Assembly: GCA_000002435.2 (NCBI GenBank)
Contig: CM018792.1
Strand: one strand, 5' to 3'
Length of the DNA stretch: 64,000 bases
From: Giardia intestinalis
Lineage: Eukaryota
This document shows, piece by piece, positions 41,619-51,694 of this stretch. The notes beneath the pieces were generated by a model that was given only the letters and a program-made list of their open reading frames with translations, searched no databases and was not told the origin of the DNA. Every line of letters begins with the position of its first letter. The stretch's first letter is position 1. The position numbers were made by a program, and so were the translations under genes.

Positions 41619-42029
41619 ATGAAAGGTGGGACCATTGCGCAGCGCCGGGATGCCATGATGAGAGCGCATATTCTATCAAAGGTAAGGCAGCGGACAGATG
41701 CAGAAATCAACAGCACATTTTATACACCAGAAGAAATTGCTTCCCACGCAAGCATGGACGACGCGTGGATGTCCTACAGAGGGAAGGTATATGACATTAC
41801 ACACTACGTTCGTTATCACCCAGGAGGGCTACAATGTATGCAGGAATACATGGGAAAGGACATGACCCACGCGGCAGACTCCGTCCACAAATGGGTAAAT
41901 GTGGCAACAATGCTACGTCCCTTGGCGATCGGAACAGTAAAAACACACGTTGACAATTCTAATGCCTTTTCTTGCCTACCAACAATTGCTGAAGTAGCAG
42001 AAGAAGAAAATAATAAGGATGCTTCTTAG
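41619..42029 (+). CDS. Cytochrome b5-like heme-binding protein (~136 aa)
   Basis: The track ORF 41490–42029 starts at GTG and overlaps the upstream gene; the first ATG is MKGGTIAQRR... at 41619. It carries the cytochrome b5 family signature: ...WMSYRGKVYDITHYVRYHPGGLQCMQEYMGKDMTHAADSVH... (HPGG plus the second heme-ligand His region). Confidence 0.7.
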   Translation: MKGGTIAQRRDAMMRAHILSKVRQRTDAEINSTFYTPEEIASHASMDDAWMSYRGKVYDITHYVRYHPGGLQCMQEYMGKDMTHAADSVHKWVNVATMLRPLAIGTVKTHVDNSNAFSCLPTIAEVAEEENNKDAS

Positions 42030-42133
42030 ACCAATTCACTAGATCAGCAGTGACATCCTCCCCTCCATAGATTGATTGATATCTTTTGAATCTGTGAATT
42101 GCTGCGTATTCAAATTTTGGCAACCAAAAGATA

Positions 42134-42568
42134 ATGCCGCCGTTTAAGCGCCAGCCCGTGAAGCTTGAGGACCTACTTGCTCCACGGGGTCTTCAAACAG
42201 CGATCAAAGAGATCTGCCAGTGCGTGGACGAGGCGCGAGCAGATAGAGAGTCTGGGGTGACGTTAGCTCGACGCATAGCAGGTCAGTTTGTCAGGTGGAA
42301 TAGGGAAGTCTTTGGACCCATTCCGCCGATCCGCACACTCCGACGAATTAATGCAATGGTGAAAGCCCAAGTCATTGCAAATTACTCTTCGTCTGCATTC
42401 GAGAGGATGGTGGGAGTTACTGGCTCTGAAGAAGATTTTGACAACCTAATCCACCAGACATCGAGGCAGAGGCCGCACACATCTGCTATTAAAGTTCTTC
42501 AAAAAGATGACTCATTGGACTCACAGAGGGACACCTTGAGAATCAGCGATAGCGATGACATCCACTAA
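42134..42568 (+). CDS. Hypothetical protein (144 aa)
   Basis: Track ORF with ATG confirmed (MPPFKRQPVKLEDLL...). A consensus poly(A) signal AGTAAAT (...cttcagtaaatttactg...) lies ~50 nt after the stop, at ~42620. Confidence 0.5.
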   Translation: MPPFKRQPVKLEDLLAPRGLQTAIKEICQCVDEARADRESGVTLARRIAGQFVRWNREVFGPIPPIRTLRRINAMVKAQVIANYSSSAFERMVGVTGSEEDFDNLIHQTSRQRPHTSAIKVLQKDDSLDSQRDTLRISDSDDIH

Positions 42569-42804
42569 AGACGTTTGTCAGTAGAGCCATTTGCGCATTT
42601 ATCTGCTAATGCTGGATGCTTCAGTAAATTTACTGTAACTCCCCCGTTCTGCGCCGTGGGGCACGCCTCTCCCGCTTTCGCCGCTGCAACTCCGCATACT
42701 CCTCCTCGGAGAGAATGATCACAAACTCCTGGCCTCTCTGCTGAGATGGCTGCGTAGGGGGCATTCAAATCTCAACCTTTTATAGTTTACATACACCTCA
42801 ACCC

Positions 42805-45800
42805 TCAATCAAAGATTTCTAGAAGAGACGGGGCCATGCTCTTGTCTGGGCGATCGCGGAACCATTCTGTCATCTGCTGTTTGACGCTCGTGAGCTTTTC
42901 ACGAATTGTGCTCGGGATGTTCCCGCCTGCCTCCTCGTACTCTCTCAGCCGGTCCTCCAGGGACTTAACGTATGCGGCATCGCGCCCGTCGCCCTGGCCA
43001 TTCTTAAGCGCATCATCCTTGCGGAGCAGCTCCGCTTGGAGGCGGTCCATCTGCTCGAGCATGGCCTTGAACTCAACTTCCTTGGCATCAGGTGGCAGGC
43101 TATTGAAGTCAAGGCACTGCTTAAGGCGCATACACTCAGCTTTGAGAATGGCGTAGAGGGAGGGATCCACCTCATCCAAGTCCCGCAGATACGCCTTTGC
43201 AGTTTGCTCTGGGGATAGCGCTGCGCACAGGCCCATAATGGTTTGCTCACTATCTTTCAGGCTCGCCTCCATCGACCTGACCTCTCCCGTCTGGGACATG
43301 CTTTGCTCGCGCATGCCAGTCATCTCGTTCTCGTTGTAGAAGCGTGCATCCTTAAGAGACATTAGCTCCTTGTCTTTGGCAGTGTTGGCTCGCTCAAGAG
43401 CTTCATTAGATTTGTTGAGCTGGGAGATTATTGCCAGTAGCTCCTGGATCTGCATATCTTTGTCCAAAACGTCCTCCAGCGCTCCTTCGTCGGCTCGTGA
43501 CCTGTAGTGATGCAATAGCTTGAGCCTTTCCAGTTCTTTCTTGGCTACTTCGAAATCCTTCTTCAGTGCTGCCAGCTCGGCCGGATCTGCGCCAGCTCCA
43601 TCGCCAGAAACGCCCTCGCCAGGCGCATTAATCGTTTCGTCACGAGACATGCTCTTGATTGTTGCCAACAGCTTCTCGCACTCCTTCTCTTTGCTCTCCA
43701 TCGTGCTCTGAAGGTCCTTGACCTGCTTGCTTGTGGAAGTGTTGGCCTTCTCTAGGCTGCTAATGGTGTCATTTGCTCGCTCCAAGGCAGCGCGAAGGTT
43801 GGCAATTTCGTTTGCGGCATCGGTGGACATGACAGGCTGCATGGGCGGAGACATCGGGCCTACAACCGACCGCATTGGCGATTTGGCAGCCAACTTCGGT
43901 GAAAGGCTCATGCAGAGAGATGAAACGGTTCTTTCCTGATAGATAAGCGCGTCATTCAGCTCATCGATCTCGCGGTCCTTTGCCATGTTGGCCTCTCTCA
44001 GGGCCGCCATTGCCTGGGATTGCTGGGCTAGCGTCTCCGTGAGGGTCTTTATCTCTGCATCCTTATCGTTCATGCTGTGATATCTAGCATATGCGGCCTC
44101 CACCGACGCCAGACGCCTTTGTGCTTCTGCTAGGCTTGCCCGAAGTTGCTGCAATTCTGCATCCTTGCGCTCCAGCTCCTCCGAGACATTCTTTCCTGCA
44201 TTTCCAGCTGCCCTAAGAGCGTTGCTCACGCTTTCTGCATCGCGCACCCTACTCATAAGATTGTCGATTTCCTCCTTGAGTTTTCTGTTCTGCTCCAGGA
44301 GCTCGAGTTGCGTCCCCAGAGCAGTGCTATCGCGAGCCGCATCGGAGACTACGCTAGGAGACCTTGTGCGCAGATCCTCCTCTAGTTGACGAATCTTCTC
44401 CTCTCTGCTCTTCAATTGAGATTGCAGGTCGTCAGCATCTGCTAATTGACCCTTGAGCGTTTCCACTTCTTTTTCCTTTTCTACTAATTTGTCTGTGAGG
44501 GAATCGACAGTATCTCGCAAGACCTGTAGGTTGTACTCATGTGCGGTGTCGACGTTATCGTGCTGGTTATTTCGAAGCCTGTGTAGCTCGTCCTTTGCGC
44601 TGGCAAGGTCCGACCTAATGTTATTTAACTCCTCTTGCTTTCTGAGCAGCTCGTTCTCCTTCTCTGCATAGCTAGACTCGAAGATCCTCATCCTGGCCTG
44701 AGCTTCTTCAAGGAGAGGTCTGATAGTCGCAACCTCCTTCTCCTTGAGATCCAGGCGCTCGCGCAAGCGTGCAATTTCATCGGCATCAGACATCGAGCGA
44801 AGCTTGCTGAGCTCTTCCTGGTCACCGGCAGCATCAGCCTTAGTCTTCAGGAGCTTGTCAAGAGCTTCGCCGTGATACTGACGAAGTTCATCAATCGCAC
44901 GCTCAAGGTTACTGATATCCACGTACGACGCGCCACCGACAAATTGGGCACACAGTTCGTTCTCCATGACCCTGATCTTCTGGGCCGCCTCGTTTGTCAG
45001 CGTAGTAAGATTATCAATGGTGCTCTGCGCATTAGAAATCTTGTATTCCAGCTCCTGAATGCGAGCGTTCTTCTCCATAATCTCCCGCTTAAGCTCTTCG
45101 ATCTCCCGGTCTCGCTCCTCCAAGAGCTGCTCGAGCTCCTTGAGCCTTCTCTCTAACTCACGTGCGTCAATGAGATCCTTTTCTGAGGCAGTAAGCTGCT
45201 CACGGAGTGCCATCAGCTCACGCTCAACTTCCTCTGGGATCAAAGGCCTTGCCTCAAGAGTCTTGATCCGCTGCTGCGCCTCTTTAAGCATAGTAAAGAC
45301 CGCCGGGTCGACGTTTGGTCGTGCATTCAACTGTTCCGTAAGATCCTCAATCTCTCTGTTGAGCTTGTCGCACAGATTCCTGCTATTCTGCATTACCTCC
45401 TCCACATACTTACGGGCCTCGGACTCTCCCGTTCGGGCTTGGTCGACTCCCTTCATAAGCGCCTGAACCTGGGCTTCTAGCTCCTCCCGAGCCTTTGTGA
45501 GCTCTTCTAGGCACTCCTTCTGCTGCTGCGAGGCCATTTCTGAGATCCGATGCTCATCTTCCATGCAGATGATGGACGTGCGAAGCTTAGTAAATGAGTC
45601 TTCCTGGACACGAATGGCATCCAGAAGCCTGTCGATGGTAAGGTCCTTTTCGAGAAGCTCTTTATCGCGCTTCTCAGCCGTGTCCGTGAGCTCCTTGAAG
45701 TCACGCATGAGGTCGCTGTGGGCCTGCTCCCCGGTAGCCTGGAGCTCCTGAAGAGTCTGAAGCTCACGATTGAGCTCGTCAATCTTAATGTCCTTCTCTG

Positions 45801-47832
45801 TCAATTGCTGGCGGTAAGGATCGAGCTCAGAATTGTGGATATGTGTGCTCTTCAAGTCAGTATACTCCTTCTCGAGTCGCTTGATGCGATAGCGGGCTTC
45901 ATCCAGTTGAGGGGAGAGCGTGTTTATCTGCATGATCTTGTCCTCTATCTCAGCCTCCTTCATTCTCAGCTGCTTGCTAAGATCTTCGTACTCGTCCTGA
46001 AGGTTGCTTAGTTGCTCGCGAAGCTGCTCCTTGCCTTGCTGTTCCTGCAAAAGTTTCTGCTCTAGATCGCGTAGCTTACCGTCGCTAGCTTTGAGCTTCG
46101 AGGTGAGAGCGTTGAGATCTTCCTCCTTCTGCGTATTGTCTGCGTTGAGTGTACGGATCCTCTCCTCGAGGTTAGCACCGGCGGCAGCAGTCGTCTCATT
46201 CGAAAGCGTGGCATAAAAATTCTCAAAGTAGCGGATGCGCGCGTTGGCATCCACAGCAGCTGACTTAGCCCGGTCAAGCTCCTCATTGAGAAACATAATC
46301 TGGCTCATGTTCTCGCGAATTCTGTCCTCTTTTTCTTTCAGCTCCCAGTTATTTTTGTTAACGAGGTCGTCAATCTCTCTTGTCTTTTCATTGACCTGCT
46401 CCTGAAGTTGCTTGATTCTCTCTCGGCTGGCATCATCAACGGCTGCACCAGCTGCCCGCTCCTGGGACGCTACAAGGTGCTCCAGATAGCGGAGCCGGGC
46501 CTTCTCATCCTCGCCGGTCGGCCTCCTGTCCAGCTCCTCCGACAGCTGCCTGACCTTCTCAGCCTTGTCTGAGAGTTGGCGCTGCATGTCCCGGAGCCTT
46601 TCCTGATAGTCCGATTCACTCTTGGTCAGCTCAGCTATCCGACCGAGAAGTTCCTTGCGTGCCCGTTCAAAGTCTTCGTTATTCTCGCTAGCAGGTGACT
46701 CTGCAATAAGTCGCTCAATCAACTTGATTCGCTCCTTGGCCTCACGGAGCTCCTCGCTTGTATCTATGGGCCCTGCGGCCGATCTCTTAAAGACAGCATT
46801 GTCGCCGCCCTCCTTTTCCAACTGTCGCTGGAGCTCATCAATTGTGTTGGCAAGGTCAGCAATTTTGCGCCGCAACGCTGGTCGCTCGACCTCCGTGCAT
46901 GTCTGCACCTGCTCACGCAACTTCTTGATCTCTGCATTGAGCGCATCGATTTCAGGCTGATATTTTTCATCGCCCGAGAGCTTCCCGCTTCCTAGACTAT
47001 CGCGAAGCTTATTAATTGTGCGCTCCTTCACGGCAAGAATCTTTATCATGCGACTCAGCGCGGAAGTCTTGTCATTTAGAGACTTTTTAAGTTCGATTAC
47101 CTCATCGTCTGCGGCCTGCCCCGCATCCTGGAGCTTGTTCACCTCCCCACTAAGGCTCGTGGCTGTCAAGCGAAGCCCGTCAAGTCCAGCCATCGCACTC
47201 TCCTTAGCGCTGATGAGGTTTGTAACAGAGTCATGACGAGAGGCTACAGATTTAATAAGGTTGTCGTTAACTGTCTGGATGCTTTTCAGCTTCTCGCGCA
47301 TCTCCTCCGGGCTCAGGGTACTGATGTCGGCGTCAGAGTGAACACGATTGCTCTGCGAAAGCAGGCTGTCTGCTTCAAGGAGCTTTGCGCCCTGAATCTG
47401 TGCACGTGCAACCAGATCTCGCATGTTTTCCTCGTGGAGAAGACGCAAATTCTCGATGCTCTCTTTAAGATGCGCGATCTCGGCGTCCTTTTCTCTTACC
47501 GTTGCAGTTAGTGTTTCGGCCGCAACCAACTCTGTGTCCATGGACCGGTCGCAGTACGGACAACGGTTACCCTTGCCCACGCCTTTCCTCTGTGCTGCGT
47601 TGCGCAAGGTAGGCGATGCTGGACAAAGCTCATCGGGGTCAATTCCCTGCTCTGATATCTTCTGCTTAAAAATCCTGCAGCTAGAGTCCGTCTCAGTGTA
47701 CAAATCACGGAGCGCTTTGCACTGCTCCTTGGTGTCTTTGAGCTCGTTGCAGACGCGTAGAAGCTTTTCGCGGAGCTCCGGGGCTGCAAGCTTATCGATT
47801 CCGACTAGGTAATCGTCCATGCCTCCGGACAT
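42805..47832 (-). CDS. Large coiled-coil protein (1675 aa), SMC/myosin-tail-like heptad periodicity throughout; probable cytoskeletal or flagellar structural protein
   Basis: Track ORF with ATG confirmed (MSGGMDDYLVGID...). There are more than 1,500 residues of charged heptad-repeat sequence rich in E/K/R/L/Q (...LEERIRTLNADNTQKEEDLNALTSKLKASDGKLRDLEQKLLQEQQGKEQLREQLSNLQDEYEDLSKQLRMKEAEIEDK...) and a short N-terminal C-x2-C element (NRCPYCDRS). A variant poly(A) signal (TGTAAAC, from + ...tagtttacat...) sits ~35 nt past the stop. Confidence 0.7.
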   Translation of the reverse strand: MSGGMDDYLVGIDKLAAPELREKLLRVCNELKDTKEQCKALRDLYTETDSSCRIFKQKISEQGIDPDELCPASPTLRNAAQRKGVGKGNRCPYCDRSMDTELVAAETLTATVREKDAEIAHLKESIENLRLLHEENMRDLVARAQIQGAKLLEADSLLSQSNRVHSDADISTLSPEEMREKLKSIQTVNDNLIKSVASRHDSVTNLISAKESAMAGLDGLRLTATSLSGEVNKLQDAGQAADDEVIELKKSLNDKTSALSRMIKILAVKERTINKLRDSLGSGKLSGDEKYQPEIDALNAEIKKLREQVQTCTEVERPALRRKIADLANTIDELQRQLEKEGGDNAVFKRSAAGPIDTSEELREAKERIKLIERLIAESPASENNEDFERARKELLGRIAELTKSESDYQERLRDMQRQLSDKAEKVRQLSEELDRRPTGEDEKARLRYLEHLVASQERAAGAAVDDASRERIKQLQEQVNEKTREIDDLVNKNNWELKEKEDRIRENMSQIMFLNEELDRAKSAAVDANARIRYFENFYATLSNETTAAAGANLEERIRTLNADNTQKEEDLNALTSKLKASDGKLRDLEQKLLQEQQGKEQLREQLSNLQDEYEDLSKQLRMKEAEIEDKIMQINTLSPQLDEARYRIKRLEKEYTDLKSTHIHNSELDPYRQQLTEKDIKIDELNRELQTLQELQATGEQAHSDLMRDFKELTDTAEKRDKELLEKDLTIDRLLDAIRVQEDSFTKLRTSIICMEDEHRISEMASQQQKECLEELTKAREELEAQVQALMKGVDQARTGESEARKYVEEVMQNSRNLCDKLNREIEDLTEQLNARPNVDPAVFTMLKEAQQRIKTLEARPLIPEEVERELMALREQLTASEKDLIDARELERRLKELEQLLEERDREIEELKREIMEKNARIQELEYKISNAQSTIDNLTTLTNEAAQKIRVMENELCAQFVGGASYVDISNLERAIDELRQYHGEALDKLLKTKADAAGDQEELSKLRSMSDADEIARLRERLDLKEKEVATIRPLLEEAQARMRIFESSYAEKENELLRKQEELNNIRSDLASAKDELHRLRNNQHDNVDTAHEYNLQVLRDTVDSLTDKLVEKEKEVETLKGQLADADDLQSQLKSREEKIRQLEEDLRTRSPSVVSDAARDSTALGTQLELLEQNRKLKEEIDNLMSRVRDAESVSNALRAAGNAGKNVSEELERKDAELQQLRASLAEAQRRLASVEAAYARYHSMNDKDAEIKTLTETLAQQSQAMAALREANMAKDREIDELNDALIYQERTVSSLCMSLSPKLAAKSPMRSVVGPMSPPMQPVMSTDAANEIANLRAALERANDTISSLEKANTSTSKQVKDLQSTMESKEKECEKLLATIKSMSRDETINAPGEGVSGDGAGADPAELAALKKDFEVAKKELERLKLLHHYRSRADEGALEDVLDKDMQIQELLAIISQLNKSNEALERANTAKDKELMSLKDARFYNENEMTGMREQSMSQTGEVRSMEASLKDSEQTIMGLCAALSPEQTAKAYLRDLDEVDPSLYAILKAECMRLKQCLDFNSLPPDAKEVEFKAMLEQMDRLQAELLRKDDALKNGQGDGRDAAYVKSLEDRLREYEEAGGNIPSTIREKLTSVKQQMTEWFRDRPDKSMAPSLLEIFD

Positions 47833-47988
47833 TTTTGTTTTTAAAAAAAGGCGGTATTTGGATTAAAAAACCGAAAAACGGACCAAATTCTGGGCTCAAA
47901 AATTTGAAAAGTTCCCAAAATTTGCGGACGAGCCCAAAGCCAGCACATAAAGTGTACAGGAAAGTAAGTTTACCTTTGCTTGCTGCCG
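47833..47988. promoter_or_regulatory. A/T-rich spacer that holds the FKBP gene's 3' end region and the coiled-coil gene's promoter; A5–A8 tracts recur about every 20 nt
   Basis: ...tttttgtttttaaaaaaaggcggtatttggattaaaaaaccgaaaaacggaccaaattctgggctcaaaaatttgaaaag.... Giardia promoters are AT-rich initiator elements directly upstream of the ATG. Confidence 0.35.
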
Positions 47989-49005
47989 TCACTTGCCCAT
48001 GTTGGCCATGAGCCTCTTGTAGATGTCCTGCTGCTTACGCGCCTCGAGGGCAATTTGGGCGTCGCACTTCTTTAGATCGTTCTCGAACTCCTGTACCTTG
48101 TCGTTCTGGCCGGCGGCCTTTGCAATGTCAAGGCCCATGTCTATATATTTCCTGGCCTCCGCGCTGCGGCCAGCCCCCATCGCACCGCGCCCCACTCTCT
48201 GGCAGAGCTTGAGACGCAGCTCGACGTTCTTCGACGCCCTCTCTTCCTTCTCTTCGAGAATCTTCATGCCTTCGCGTGCGTGGGAGCAGCAATCAGCATA
48301 GTCCTTCATGCGCAGATTGCAGAGTGCCCAATTCCCAAAGAGGGTTGCACGGAGGACACACCTCTCCTCCTCCACCTCTGGAGTGCTGTCAATGAAGTAC
48401 TCCAGGAGCTGCGTGCCCTTGTCGTACTTGGCAGCTGCCTTTTTGTACTTTCCGCTCTTGAAAAGAGCATTCCCTGCCTCCTGACGAACCTTTGCAGCAG
48501 CAAGCTTCTCCTCGTTGGTATGAGGATACTCGTGGTCCTTTTCGACCACATCCAAAAGCTCTATTTCAAACTGTAGAGTAGCGTCTGCAGGAATAGATCC
48601 GGAACCCTTGCTCCCGTAGGCATAATCCGAAGCGATGGTGAAGAGAGATTTTTCTCCAACCCGCATACCACACACGCCCTCGTCCCAGCCGCGTATAACA
48701 GACATATTTCCTATGTCGAAGTTGAAGGGCTGGCCTCGTGTAACAGACGAGTCGAAAACGGTCCCGTTCAGCAACTTACCGGTGTAGTGGACATATACGG
48801 TAGCGTCTGATTGCGGGCAGACCTCTGCGTCTTCTGGGCCCGCGACAAGTACCTGCTTCAGGATTGCACCATTTCCCTTGACGTCGATGGTCTCAGGGCT
48901 CTCCTTGAACTTGTTATATATCTCCCGCTCCTCATCGCTGCAAAAGGTCGGCATAAAGACCTCGGTCACTTCTCCAGCCGGCTCTGGGGCACTGTTATCG
49001 AACAT
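47989..49005 (-). CDS. FKBP-type peptidyl-prolyl cis-trans isomerase with C-terminal TPR repeats (FKBP51/52-like, 338 aa)
   Basis: FKBP domain: ...VHYTGKLLNGTVFDSSVTRGQPFNFDIGNMSVIRGWDEGVCGMRVGEKSLFTIASDYAYGSKG... (compare FKBP12 [58 protein letters not shown]). This is followed by a TPR region: ...KVRQEAGNALFKSGKYKKAAAKYDKG...LRATLFGNWALCNLRMKDYADCCSHAREGMKI.... Confidence 0.85.
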   Translation of the reverse strand: MFDNSAPEPAGEVTEVFMPTFCSDEEREIYNKFKESPETIDVKGNGAILKQVLVAGPEDAEVCPQSDATVYVHYTGKLLNGTVFDSSVTRGQPFNFDIGNMSVIRGWDEGVCGMRVGEKSLFTIASDYAYGSKGSGSIPADATLQFEIELLDVVEKDHEYPHTNEEKLAAAKVRQEAGNALFKSGKYKKAAAKYDKGTQLLEYFIDSTPEVEEERCVLRATLFGNWALCNLRMKDYADCCSHAREGMKILEEKEERASKNVELRLKLCQRVGRGAMGAGRSAEARKYIDMGLDIAKAAGQNDKVQEFENDLKKCDAQIALEARKQQDIYKRLMANMGK

Positions 49006-49068
49006 TTACTTTTTTGGAGAGGATCAATTTGATTCAATTCCACTGAATCAATTAATCACTGAATTACT

Positions 49069-51633
49069 TTACCGAAGTTTAGCCAGGATCCTCCGCACGG
49101 TCTCTGTTCGAGCATATGCCTCGCACTTCCTGCCCTTCTTGTCTGTGAGGTTGCGCTCCAGCGGAGCCAGAATCCGGATGCACTCTATGTGACCAGACTG
49201 GACAGCTATCATTAGAGCCGTTATTCCATCTTTTTCCCGTTTCTGTCTGATCTGCCTCTTGTCTTTAGAGAGGATTTGCACTATTTCTGGCTTGTTTTTC
49301 AACGCTGCACTCATTAATGCGGTCCAGCCCCCGGGCTTGTGGACGTCTCCTTCTTTTGAAAGCAAGATAGACACACACTCCTTGTGGCCCTCTTGTGCTG
49401 CTGACATCAGGGCTGTAAAGCCATCCTTTCTTTGTATTCGTGCCTCAAGCGGTGCTAGGACTTTGCATATGTCTGCGTATCCAGACAAGGCTGCCATTAT
49501 AAGTGCAGTGGATCCCTTGCCATCCTGACACCCCATCCCTATCCTTTGCTCTGCTAGAACCCTTACGCAGCTCAGAGATCTACTTAACGCTGCAATCATG
49601 AGGCATGTCCTGTTGTCTATGGAGCCTCCGATAAGCTTGCTCTCAGCTTCACGTTGTGACATGCAGAGGATGGAGAGGGCTGCCGCAGAGTCGTTGCTTG
49701 CCGCAATCATGGAAGCAGTCATTCCGTCGGCGTTACGGATACCTTCTTCCAGCTCCACTAGCTTTCTGCAGCCGTCCGCATCATTGCTGTATGCTGCTAG
49801 CATGAGTGCAGTAGCTCCGTTGTGCCATGAGTCCTCTTCACTTTCAGCTGCGATAGTTTTTCTGGCCTGGCTGTGCTTCAGCAGATCGATGACCTCATAC
49901 TGTTTATGTTCTACGGCACACATTAATGGTGTGTAGCCCATATTTAGGGTAAGATGTCCCTCGTAGTCAATAAGGAGTTTGGCTGCTTCTGTGTGCCCAT
50001 TTGTTATCGCAGACATCAGAGCAGACCAGCCCTTATCAGTCACGAGTCCTGCCTCCTTCTCTTTGCGTAGGAGCTCTACACACTTAGAGTGCCCATATTG
50101 CGCAGCGAACATGAGCGCGGTCTGCCCTTTGGGGTCTCGAAGGCCGCACTCCTTCGTTGTGATCAAAAGCTTAACTGCAGATACTAATCCCAAAGCCGCG
50201 GCTCTATGGAGAGCGGTGTATCCTGAGCTGTCTCTCATCCCCGCTTCATACTGAATTAGACTGTTGGCTATGTGGAGTTGGTGGAATTCGCACGCAAGCA
50301 TTAAAGCCGTGGTCCCATTTTTAGGATTGCTTAGATCATCGAGTTGGATTACTGATTTAGCCTCATACTTCATCAGAACATCAGCAGCAGAACTGTGTCC
50401 ACGCACGGTTGCTTCCATGAGTGCAGTGAAGCCGTCACGCTTCTTAAGCTTTGCTTCGTGTGGTGCTAGCAGCTTACATGCTTCTGTCTGACCATTGCGA
50501 GCGGCGAGGATCAGGGCTGTGGCACCATTCAATGAGTCTCCAGTAATCATCCTCATGCCGAACTCGTGGGGAATAAGGATCTTCAGAACCTCTATATTGC
50601 CGAGAACGGCGGCCGCCATGAGTGCAGTGGCCCCGTCGTAGTTAGTCAAGCGCTTCTGTTTGTCCACCAACGCACGGACGTACTCCACATTGTTCATATT
50701 GGCAGATAGTATGAGCTGCGTTGATCCTAAGGCGTTTCTGAACACTCTTTCGTTCTCTCTGGAGCCCGATTTAACCATGAAACCAAATATAAACGGATGA
50801 GCCAGGACCTCATCTAGGTACGGCCGTGAGTTATTGCAAGGATTAGTGAGCCACGTGAGCACGCGTACAAGGTCTTTAGAATACGCGTTTTCCTTTATAA
50901 TACTCTTTAACATGTATGCAGTGTCATACTCTCCTTTGACAGCCTTGCACTTAGAACCTGCAAAGCATAGCTCGCAACATAAGCGACCGACATTGTAGGC
51001 AAGCATTTTGAGCGGAGACACGTTTAGGCGTGCACGGTCTTCTCCGCTGTGTCGACTGTGTAACACTTCTGGACAGAGGTATGCCATAGTAAATGCCGAA
51101 TGTCGTTGAGCAGCAAGCTTGACTGCGAAGGCTGAATAGTCCACTAATGCACGCCCCTTGCTGCTTAGTCTAATGCAGAGAGGGTCCAACCCAGTTGATG
51201 GTAGGTTGCTTGCTAGTGCGTCTGTGAAGTCGGTTTTGCGGTTCGTTGAATATACGTAAAGAATAGCGTTAATTAGCTCAACCAATATTGTTATGATCAC
51301 CTCCTCTTCCAGATTCACTTGGAGAAAACATAGCTCCTCACTGTATTCATAGAGAGATTGCCCTGCTCCCCTAGATATAAGAAATATACACTCTTGTTCG
51401 TCATCTACAAATGCCTCCAGTAAGGGTGTTATGCTTTCATGATCTAAGCGGTGGGCTTGCCTCGCCAAATCCCGAATGAGAGCATACCGCCCACGGCCAA
51501 CATCTGCCTCGCTGACGATTCGACACGTGGCAGACAGATCAAGATTTCTATCTCTTACCAAGTAGCTTATCCCATAAATATCACTGTTCAGATATCTTAC
51601 AGCTTCATATGCGGGGGGCAAGTAGAGTGTCAT
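49069..51633 (-). CDS. NEK-family kinase-like protein with C-terminal ankyrin repeats (Protein 21.1/NEK class); the kinase domain looks catalytically degenerate (pseudokinase)
   Basis: The N-terminal ~300 aa has a kinase-like fold, with remnants of subdomain VIII (…AYLCPEVL…) and the C-lobe (…ENAYSKDLVRVLTWLTNPCNNSRPYLDEVLAHPF…). There is no GxGxxG, VAIK lysine, HRD or DFG. About 17 ankyrin repeats follow (…GATALMAAAVLGNIEVLKIL…, …GFTALMEATVRGHSSAADVL…, …GWTALMSAALKNKPEIVQIL…). Confidence 0.7.
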   Translation of the reverse strand: MTLYLPPAYEAVRYLNSDIYGISYLVRDRNLDLSATCRIVSEADVGRGRYALIRDLARQAHRLDHESITPLLEAFVDDEQECIFLISRGAGQSLYEYSEELCFLQVNLEEEVIITILVELINAILYVYSTNRKTDFTDALASNLPSTGLDPLCIRLSSKGRALVDYSAFAVKLAAQRHSAFTMAYLCPEVLHSRHSGEDRARLNVSPLKMLAYNVGRLCCELCFAGSKCKAVKGEYDTAYMLKSIIKENAYSKDLVRVLTWLTNPCNNSRPYLDEVLAHPFIFGFMVKSGSRENERVFRNALGSTQLILSANMNNVEYVRALVDKQKRLTNYDGATALMAAAVLGNIEVLKILIPHEFGMRMITGDSLNGATALILAARNGQTEACKLLAPHEAKLKKRDGFTALMEATVRGHSSAADVLMKYEAKSVIQLDDLSNPKNGTTALMLACEFHQLHIANSLIQYEAGMRDSSGYTALHRAAALGLVSAVKLLITTKECGLRDPKGQTALMFAAQYGHSKCVELLRKEKEAGLVTDKGWSALMSAITNGHTEAAKLLIDYEGHLTLNMGYTPLMCAVEHKQYEVIDLLKHSQARKTIAAESEEDSWHNGATALMLAAYSNDADGCRKLVELEEGIRNADGMTASMIAASNDSAAALSILCMSQREAESKLIGGSIDNRTCLMIAALSRSLSCVRVLAEQRIGMGCQDGKGSTALIMAALSGYADICKVLAPLEARIQRKDGFTALMSAAQEGHKECVSILLSKEGDVHKPGGWTALMSAALKNKPEIVQILSKDKRQIRQKREKDGITALMIAVQSGHIECIRILAPLERNLTDKKGRKCEAYARTETVRRILAKLR

Positions 51634-51694
51634 AGATGCAGCCGACCCCGAGTTTTTCGGAACTGATAGAAGTGCCAGTGGCGAGAGTTTACAG

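Noticed and set aside
44140-46220. Long antisense (+ strand) ORFs inside the coiled-coil gene (for example 44635–45156, 45059–45466)
   Set aside because: They are Ser/Leu/Arg-rich and low-complexity. The reverse complement of GAG/AAG/CTG-rich heptad-repeat codons gives long stop-free antisense frames by itself.
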